Source: an uncultured virus (IMG/VR IMGVR_UViG_2061766007_000951)
Lineage: Duplodnaviria > Heunggongvirae > Uroviricota > Caudoviricetes
DNA length: 64,000 nt
Virus record (IMG/VR): IMGVR_UViG_2061766007_000951
Reading direction: 5' to 3' (one strand)
A program made the translations under genes and the position numbers. The notes beneath the pieces were generated by a model. That model worked only from the letters and a program-made list of their open reading frames with translations, did no database searches and was not told where the DNA came from. Of this stretch, positions 57,457 to 64,000 are shown piece by piece. Positions within the stretch are counted from its first letter, which is position 1. Each line of letters begins with the position of its first letter.

Positions 57457-58794
57457 CTACGCTCCGATTACGAAGCGGGGACGGACACAATAGCCCGCAT
57501 AGCTCGCAATGTCGCAGGCCGCAAAGCCGTTGTTGCTCACACCGGCGAAAAGGGAACTCGACGCGACATCGCGCAGCCAGTAATACGACTTTCTGTTATT
57601 GATTGCCATTGTCGAGAAGGCAAACAGCGGCAGACGTGTCTTTCCAGTTCCTGTGTCGTATCCTGAAGAACTCCAGACAACAGAGCCGTAAACTTCAACT
57701 TCTGTCATAAGACAAGCCTGTACGTTGTTCCATGCCCATGAAGAAGATGCGCCTTTTTCAGAATGTAAGCGGTTTTCGTAGGTTGTGGTCACGACAGTCG
57801 ATACCAGCTCATTACAGGTTTTAAGATGACTTCCAAATTCCGCATAAAGCTGCTGGTTTATGGTTGCGCCGCTTGCAGTTGAGCCGGAAGAAACAACCGA
57901 GCCCAGAGTAGACGATGCCATTTCGGAACCCCAATAACCGCCGCTTGTCGTGTTGCTGGAGTTCATTCGTTTTCGTCCAAAATGATTTTTTTCTGTAGGA
58001 TCTGCGCCTTTTCCCGGGATAAGAACCAGATGATGTTTTCCACTTACAGGGTTTAAGCAGTCGTTGTCGCCTTCCGGGAAGGTTGAACCGTTGCCCATGA
58101 GAGTGTCAATGCCGGCAATGGTGACCCACGCTGTTCCGGTTTCTGCATACTGACTGTCCTGATTTGGCGCAGAAATTGCCCGCGACATCTGGAAGTAGTC
58201 TCCGACATAAATATCTTCTAAAACAGAATAGCCGTCGGTACCGTTCAGACGCTTCCACAAAGTGCCGTCGCTGTAATATTCTGTGATGTTCTTACCAAGT
58301 ACACCGTTTATAAAGCGCGGTACATTGTGGTCCTGCTCCATAAAGGCATTTTCTTCAAGCAGAAGCCATTTCTGGTGGCGCACACTCGAAACTGTAATGT
58401 CGATGTATTTAAGGTGCACCCAGCTGTTTGGTCTGCAGGCCCCTACAAGATTGCCCGAAAGTGAAGCAATAGGAAAGGTGCCCGTTCCTGCAAAGTTTAA
58501 GGTTGGAGCTGTGTTTGTGTTTCCGTTTACAAAGAAAACTAAAACCTCGCGCCCCGTAAGTAAAGTAAAGTCAGGACAGCTCTCTGCAGAAAGCGTTGCC
58601 TCCTTGCCCTCTGTTGCGGCAGCTGTCGTACAGATGGCAATAGGAACCGACTGCAGCACCGCTTTTGAAACACCCTTGTCTGCATCATCTGCAGTGCCGG
58701 GCTTGTGCCTTGTCTGAAACATATCACTGTCGCTCAAACTAAGCAGCGACAACCGCTCCGACGATGTAGCACCTTTGAATCTTGTGTTTGACAT
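57457..58794 (-). CDS. DGR target 1 of phage B: putative tail fibre/receptor-binding protein
   Basis: Follows tail tip gene; YYWLRD..VR (57476-57567)..VRPRFVIGA; 18 substitutions vs TR in 92 nt, all at TR adenines. Confidence 0.9.
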   Translation of the reverse strand: MSNTRFKGATSSERLSLLSLSDSDMFQTRHKPGTADDADKGVSKAVLQSVPIAICTTAAATEGKEATLSAESCPDFTLLTGREVLVFFVNGNTNTAPTLNFAGTGTFPIASLSGNLVGACRPNSWVHLKYIDITVSSVRHQKWLLLEENAFMEQDHNVPRFINGVLGKNITEYYSDGTLWKRLNGTDGYSVLEDIYVGDYFQMSRAISAPNQDSQYAETGTAWVTIAGIDTLMGNGSTFPEGDNDCLNPVSGKHHLVLIPGKGADPTEKNHFGRKRMNSSNTTSGGYWGSEMASSTLGSVVSSGSTASGATINQQLYAEFGSHLKTCNELVSTVVTTTYENRLHSEKGASSSWAWNNVQACLMTEVEVYGSVVWSSSGYDTGTGKTRLPLFAFSTMAINNRKSYYWLRDVASSSLFAGVSNNGFAACDIASYAGYCVRPRFVIGA

Positions 58795-58815
58795 ATTTTA
58801 TCTCCTTATTAAAAA

Positions 58816-61800
58816 TTATTCCCATCCTGATGTAAATATTTTCAAATTGAAAACTTTATAATGGCGTTGATATCCACTTGTTAAGCTATTTGTTATTGTT
58901 ATTATTTTTTCATCATCGATTGTCTGTTGATACAACAAAGAATCTCCTGCTAATTTTGTCAATAACAAAGAGCTTCTATCCTGACATTCTATTCTACCAA
59001 GCCAAGCATCTAATTGATTGTTGTAAGCATAAAAATATACAGCTTTTTTATCATAAACAGGACAGATTACTCTGAATGGATCAGAGCCATACGATTTCAC
59101 TGTATCACCTTCAAAAACAACAAGAAGCCCTGCGATTGTCTCTATATCATCCAGTTCAACAGTGCTGAAAGAAGAACTAGACGAAAACAAACCCTCTGCA
59201 ATAAGTTGGCCTAAACCAGCGGCAAATCTTCCCTGATTTGCTTCAATAGTTCCATCTGCAGAAATATTAAAACCATAATGAGAACCTTGTGCCCAATCTT
59301 CGCTATGTATACTTCCTCCTTCTGGTACTATAATTTCATTTGCAAAAAGCTTGTTTATAAAAGCCTCATTAGCAACAAGATTTTCAATAAAAGCCTCATT
59401 AGCAACAAGCCTATCCGTAAAAATCTGATTACTTGTAAGATGATCCAAATAAGCATACGCCCTTGAGTTGTTCTTCTGAAGGTCTGCCTGGGCAATGTTG
59501 AGAATATCACCCATAGCAATGTTATTATGTCCGATGTCTGTATCTTCTTCCCACTGCCATTCTTTGGCGGTACCTATAAACTTGTAGAGCCTGCCCGGTA
59601 AGAATTCGCCGGTAATAGACAGGCTGGATTCTGTCTGACTGCCGCTCCATACAAAATAATCGTTGATGGAAAGCAAAGCCGGAATATCCTCTACTGCAGA
59701 AATAGGACCTAAGAAAGCGCCCTCTGCAAAAGTGTAATAAGTAAACCATAAGTCGTAAGAATAAGGTGTAGAAGAAATCTGCTGGTCGATGTAGTTGTTG
59801 TTGTTCTGGTCCTGATATTCGTTGCCTTCTTCATCCTCGTATTGTTCGTAAGCAACAACAGGGCTGTAATAAACCGGAATCTTAAAGCGTCCAGGTTTTA
59901 CGATATTTCCCTGTCTTATAAAGAAAATAATCTTATGCCCGATAACTTCATACTCCCAGCCGGCAGGAAGATTTATCTCACCGATAGAAAAATCGCGATC
60001 TTCAAGGCCCTGTTTTACGCTTATTGTTGTTTCTATGCGCTGCGGTAAAACTGCGCGTCCGTTTTCGTCTGTATTGACTACGGCATTAAGAACATCTGCA
60101 GAAACATCTACAGGAGCAACAGCGCCATAAAGTTCTACAAGTTCGTTCTGCAGCGTGTTTATCTGTTCGCGCAGGCGGTTCAGATCGTTTAAGGTTGCGT
60201 TGCGGTTGTTTGCCTGTGGCTTCGTGAGGTTTGTCTTATAGGTTGGAATTGTGCCGTACTGGTAAATTGCTTCGTTGTAATCTTTAAGGGTTAAAGTCAT
60301 TCCGCCGTTCTGGTTTGGCTCTATACCGTAGATTTTCATTGTGTTTGTAATCTTGGTAAAGTGTCCGCCGTTATCCAGAAGTCCAAAAGACAGATGGTTG
60401 CCGATTTCCGGCTTTGCATGATAAGCAGAAACAGTAAGAGGCGTTGTAAAGATAAGCGAGCGGGTCTGTGTTTCATCTTCTCCCAGATCTCCCTCAACTT
60501 CTGCACTGAAAAGCGCAAATCCGTAGTCGTTTGTGCCCTGAATGATTACGCCGTAGCGCTCGTTTTCGTCAAACTCTACGACATCCTGAATTGTAATCTT
60601 TGTTATCTGATTCTGGTCGTTATAAGTGATGCTTGAAATGATGCTTGAGCGCAAGCCCTGCAAAAGCTGTGGAACCTGCAGCAATACAGTAGAGTAGAGC
60701 GGATAATAGTCGCCTTCGCTTCCTACGTCTACTTTAATTTCACGTGGCTGGAGCTGGGACTGTCTAAGCATTCGTTGTGCAATTTTATAAGCATGGTTAT
60801 ATTCTGTAATATAATCAAACGCAGCTTCGGTCACCGTGTCGCTCTGGTAGTCATAAGAACCGCCGTCGAGCATGGAATAGAATGTATCTATCTGCCAGCT
60901 GTAGCGGTTTGTAAAGGTAATTTTCATTCCGTCAGGCTTACGCTGCATGCTTTTTGAATAGGTCATGCTTGCAATGTTTTCGGCATTCAGAAGGGCAACA
61001 GGTGTTGTCTCTTCTTTGTCTATGCACACTTCGAGCAGGCCTTCCTGATTTATGATAAGGGTTGAATTACAGATAGACAAAAGCTTTTCGATAAGGTTTT
61101 TCTTGCTTATGGATTCTGTTAAGATGCCGTCGCAATTAAAGCCTTCTGTATCGCAGTAGTCGTACAATGCCCCGAAAGATGAAAGGTCTATTTCATCCAT
61201 GTCAAACTTGCTGGGCTCATGTACAGAGCTTGTAAGGATTTCCAAAATCCAAGATGCAATATTTCTTGTAGGTGTTTTTGATTCGCTCCAGTCGGTACCG
61301 TCCCAGGTGCGTGCATATCCCTGCGACATACAGTGCAATTCGTCGAGCATTCCTTCTGTGTTGTCGTTTGCAACAATTCTGTAGCCTACGCGTGTACATT
61401 TGTTAAAAAGCTCTTCTTCTACAAGGCTGCAGGCAACAAGAGAATTTGCGCTGGACTTTGCAGCATCATAACAGAAAGTCTGATACCAGAGGAGCATACA
61501 GTCCTCCTGGCTGTTCTTTTCCATTTTTGGAGTTGCCTTTTCAAGCTTTATGGAAATTGTCTTGCCATAGCTTTCTGCAGCTGTAAAAGTCTTTTCGGCA
61601 ACAAAGCGGATTGTGTGGTTTACATTTCGTGTAATAACATTGTTTTCTGTAAAGTAGAAAAGATGCCAGGTATTGCCGCCGTCATTACTCCAGTAAGGAT
61701 TTACGGTGACGGAGCGAGCCTCCCATGCTTCTGCTTCTGTGTTATACTGTCGCAATGAGTTGAACTGAATACAAACCTGAATCTTCATTGCGTTATCGGC

Positions 61801-62589
61801 TGCCTGTACGATAACAGGCTCTGCATCCTGTCCGAATTCATGCTTTACTTCACTTCCGGCATAAGTAGAACTTACCTTCTGGTTAAAGCCCGGTAAAGTC
61901 ATATTTACACCCGGCTGTCTTACTTCTACTTTGTTTGCCTGTCTTGAATCGTAATAAAGGGAATCTGAATCGAAATTCTGCTCACCGCTTATGCCGTTTG
62001 CATTGCTTGCAATACGTTCGTTTCCGATAAACATTTCGGTAATTTTCTGTGAACCGTAGCCGGCAGAAAAGGCAGCGTTATAAAAACTGAATATTCCGTC
62101 CTCTCCGCTTTCTGAACCGTTTTGAATAGAGAAAAATCCGTCTGTAAGGTTGTAAGGCGTATTGTAAACCGAGCCCATAACAAACTGCACGGGATTTCCA
62201 AGCGCCTTTTTATTTTTGGCACCGCGTACAAAAGGAAGCTGCTGGACCTGCTGAGCAAGGTTCTGCGCGTTCCTCTGTGCCTTTTCCATTTCTTCCTGCG
62301 CTTCTTTAGACTTCTGGTCTGCATAAGCTGCAACGCCGACTGCCGTACCGACAGCAATAACAGTTGCCGTAATTGCAATAATAGCAATGGTTGTTGCCGC
62401 CTTTGGAACCTTGCGCACATAAAGAACATCATCCGGCTGGACTATATAAGAACCGTCTATGCGGTTGCCGGCTTTAAGGCACAATGAATGAGAAAAATTG
62501 ATGTCAGGAAAAATATCTTTAAGCCTTCCGTTGGCGGTAATTTCTTCATGCTTTGCGTTTAATGTGTTGTAGACGTTAATTGTTCCCAT
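58816..62589 (-). CDS. Tail tip / host-specificity protein (gpI-gpJ-like)
   Basis: Ortholog of 13108-17001. Confidence 0.8.
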   Translation of the reverse strand: MGTINVYNTLNAKHEEITANGRLKDIFPDINFSHSLCLKAGNRIDGSYIVQPDDVLYVRKVPKAATTIAIIAITATVIAVGTAVGVAAYADQKSKEAQEEMEKAQRNAQNLAQQVQQLPFVRGAKNKKALGNPVQFVMGSVYNTPYNLTDGFFSIQNGSESGEDGIFSFYNAAFSAGYGSQKITEMFIGNERIASNANGISGEQNFDSDSLYYDSRQANKVEVRQPGVNMTLPGFNQKVSSTYAGSEVKHEFGQDAEPVIVQAADNAMKIQVCIQFNSLRQYNTEAEAWEARSVTVNPYWSNDGGNTWHLFYFTENNVITRNVNHTIRFVAEKTFTAAESYGKTISIKLEKATPKMEKNSQEDCMLLWYQTFCYDAAKSSANSLVACSLVEEELFNKCTRVGYRIVANDNTEGMLDELHCMSQGYARTWDGTDWSESKTPTRNIASWILEILTSSVHEPSKFDMDEIDLSSFGALYDYCDTEGFNCDGILTESISKKNLIEKLLSICNSTLIINQEGLLEVCIDKEETTPVALLNAENIASMTYSKSMQRKPDGMKITFTNRYSWQIDTFYSMLDGGSYDYQSDTVTEAAFDYITEYNHAYKIAQRMLRQSQLQPREIKVDVGSEGDYYPLYSTVLLQVPQLLQGLRSSIISSITYNDQNQITKITIQDVVEFDENERYGVIIQGTNDYGFALFSAEVEGDLGEDETQTRSLIFTTPLTVSAYHAKPEIGNHLSFGLLDNGGHFTKITNTMKIYGIEPNQNGGMTLTLKDYNEAIYQYGTIPTYKTNLTKPQANNRNATLNDLNRLREQINTLQNELVELYGAVAPVDVSADVLNAVVNTDENGRAVLPQRIETTISVKQGLEDRDFSIGEINLPAGWEYEVIGHKIIFFIRQGNIVKPGRFKIPVYYSPVVAYEQYEDEEGNEYQDQNNNNYIDQQISSTPYSYDLWFTYYTFAEGAFLGPISAVEDIPALLSINDYFVWSGSQTESSLSITGEFLPGRLYKFIGTAKEWQWEEDTDIGHNNIAMGDILNIAQADLQKNNSRAYAYLDHLTSNQIFTDRLVANEAFIENLVANEAFINKLFANEIIVPEGGSIHSEDWAQGSHYGFNISADGTIEANQGRFAAGLGQLIAEGLFSSSSSFSTVELDDIETIAGLLVVFEGDTVKSYGSDPFRVICPVYDKKAVYFYAYNNQLDAWLGRIECQDRSSLLLTKLAGDSLLYQQTIDDEKIITITNSLTSGYQRHYKVFNLKIFTSGWE

Positions 62590-62944
62590 TTTGGACCTCG
62601 TATAAGTTTTGAATAATCTTTGGATTGATTAAGGAAATGCGCACTCCCTGATTTGTTGTTGCATGAATCATCCGCTTGTTATCAAGGGCAAAGGCAATAT
62701 GCAGCTCGCTGTTGCTGTGCATTTCGATTATCGTTCCTGTTTTAATAATGTCAGTTTTTTTGACGTTGAGGGTCGGTGCTTTTTCACCGGCAAGTTTAAT
62801 GTCGTGGTTTTCGTAGATTACATCATCAAGATGATTTCCCAGCCGCTTTTCACATTCAATTACAAGTCCGTAGCAGTCAAACCCGTTCCGGTCCCTTCCG
62901 TTTTCTTTATAAGGAACTCCTATAAGGTCTGAAACATCTATCAT
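62576..62944 (-). CDS. NlpC/P60 tail tip protein
   Basis: LIGVPYKENGRDRNGFDCYG...MIHAT. Confidence 0.85.
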   Translation of the reverse strand: MIDVSDLIGVPYKENGRDRNGFDCYGLVIECEKRLGNHLDDVIYENHDIKLAGEKAPTLNVKKTDIIKTGTIIEMHSNSELHIAFALDNKRMIHATTNQGVRISLINPKIIQNLYEVQNGNN

Positions 62945-63393
62945 GCGCCGCCTCGGTTTGAATCCGTATCGTATTTGTAAACATTAAAAACCATGTTCAG
63001 GCGCCCGTCGTTTTCAAGATTGAATTCCAGCTGGTTGTTGTCTCCGAGTGAAACAGATCCGTAGAAATGGCGGTAAGACTTGAGCTCTTCAACACTTCCC
63101 CCGTTCAATATACCTATGACTTCCATTGAGTAGCGGCAGTCTGCATTTTCTACCCATTCAAAAACATCGGGATTATCGACAATAGAAATTGAAAGGTTTC
63201 CGGCTTCACCCTGATTGTTTGGTTTTGTGTAATCAAAACTGGATGCTTTGTAAGTCTGCTCTTCAAAAACTACATCTTCGTTATTGTTTACAAAGCGCAG
63301 TGTTCCGGCGGTTGGATGAGAAAGCTTTATAAGGTACTGTTTGGCGTAGTTGCCGCCTTCAAACAAAAGGCGGTAGATTTGTGATGCTGTCAT
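62941..63393 (-). CDS. Minor tail protein (DUF1833/gpL-like)
   Basis: Ortholog 17354-17806. Confidence 0.65.
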   Translation of the reverse strand: MTASQIYRLLFEGGNYAKQYLIKLSHPTAGTLRFVNNNEDVVFEEQTYKASSFDYTKPNNQGEAGNLSISIVDNPDVFEWVENADCRYSMEVIGILNGGSVEELKSYRHFYGSVSLGDNNQLEFNLENDGRLNMVFNVYKYDTDSNRGGA

Positions 63394-63732
63394 TTACACT
63401 TCCTCTATGTTCATTGAAAGTACGCGTGTCGTCTGGTCCGTATCTTCGGGCGACGGAATATCTGAAAATCTGTAAACACCGTTTCCAAGGCCGGAGCATG
63501 TAAAACAGCCGGATGTCTGTCCGAGTACATCATTGAACCAGGTCCAGAAAAGAGCAAGTTCTGAATGAGTAAAGAAAAGCCGACACTTCCATTTCATGAG
63601 CTTTTTTGTGTTTACCTGCCAGGCAACGCGGCGGCCCGACATATAAGAGATTTCTTCTGTATTTGCAATAGGCTGATTATTTGCCCCGAAAAACTTTGAA
63701 TTAACGCCAGTAGGCCATGTATGTACAGTCAT
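63394..63732 (-). CDS. Distal tail protein (gpM-like)
   Basis: Ortholog 17806-18147. Confidence 0.6.
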   Translation of the reverse strand: MTVHTWPTGVNSKFFGANNQPIANTEEISYMSGRRVAWQVNTKKLMKWKCRLFFTHSELALFWTWFNDVLGQTSGCFTCSGLGNGVYRFSDIPSPEDTDQTTRVLSMNIEEV

Positions 63733-63741
63733 TGCTTCCTC

Positions 63742-64000
63742 CTAAAAATAACTTATACCGCTGTTTTTATTGTTTCCTACTGCCATTGACTGCGAGTAGT
63801 CTCCGTTTTCCATCTGGGCGCGCACAATATCGCGGATGATAATCTGCAGCCCTTTTGGAGACATCTGTGCACTTGCACTCACTTTGTCGGATGCAGTATT
63901 TTCTATGGTCACCGGCATGTTTACAGTTGCGCCTCCGCGTCCGCCTCCGTTGGCAGCTTCCCAGAGTGCACGCTGTTGCTGTGCGTTCAAAATCATTTCG
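63742..64000 (-). CDS. Tape measure protein, C-terminal fragment (runs off window)
   Basis: EMILNAQQQ...VNMPVTIEN.ASDKVSASAQ matches end of 18157-20754. Confidence 0.85.
   Translation of the reverse strand, partial: EMILNAQQQRALWEAANGGGRGGATVNMPVTIENTASDKVSASAQMSPKGLQIIIRDIVRAQMENGDYSQSMAVGNNKNSGISYF

Larger units (their letters stand above)
35353..64000 (-). mobile_element. Temperate siphophage B, circularly permuted partial genome
   Basis: Near gene-for-gene paralog of phage A; starts inside lysis cluster, runs through cos and attP, truncated in tape measure gene. Confidence 0.85.

Noticed and set aside
134..62932. Numerous + strand and nested ORFs in the six-frame track
   Set aside because: Shadows of - strand genes without RBS or recognisable motifs; only the two repressors are accepted on the + strand.
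1..64000. Tandem array of integrated prophages in a host chromosome
   Set aside because: No host genes are present and the A/B junction is an N-gap between a cos end and mid-holin. Both att sites have arms on both sides and only half tRNAs, which fits excised genomes better.
1..64000. CRISPR array
   Set aside because: No regularly spaced repeat-spacer series seen; the repeats found are TR/VR, arm sites, operators and inter-phage homology.

Overview
The window holds two related temperate siphophage genomes (HK97-type head, lambda-like tail tip, almost all genes on the - strand) joined at an N-gap. No host genes are present. Phage A (1-35342) appears to run from one cos-proximal end to the other. 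Phage B (35353-64000) is a circularly permuted partial genome. Each has an intact attP whose core is the 3' half of a tRNA-Arg (CCT in A, TCT in B), an integrase/repressor switch, and a diversity-generating retroelement (Avd-TR-RT). Each DGR has two targets: the adjacent tail receptor-binding gene, and a remote stand-alone gene between terS and terL. Comparing the two genomes suggests three further unannotated systems. The first is a sigma-region-2-only protein with an N-terminal QQSLF clamp-binding-like motif. The second is an 11-copy TGAC(A/T)NTNTT motif in front of late genes. The third is a ~200-nt structured early leader RNA carrying a phage-specific segment complementary to the integrase 5' UTR. 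A diderm, possibly spirochaete, host is inferred but not shown. Many N-gaps and duplicated variant fragments indicate a scaffolded population assembly. Product calls rest on motif recognition by eye, not on database searches.
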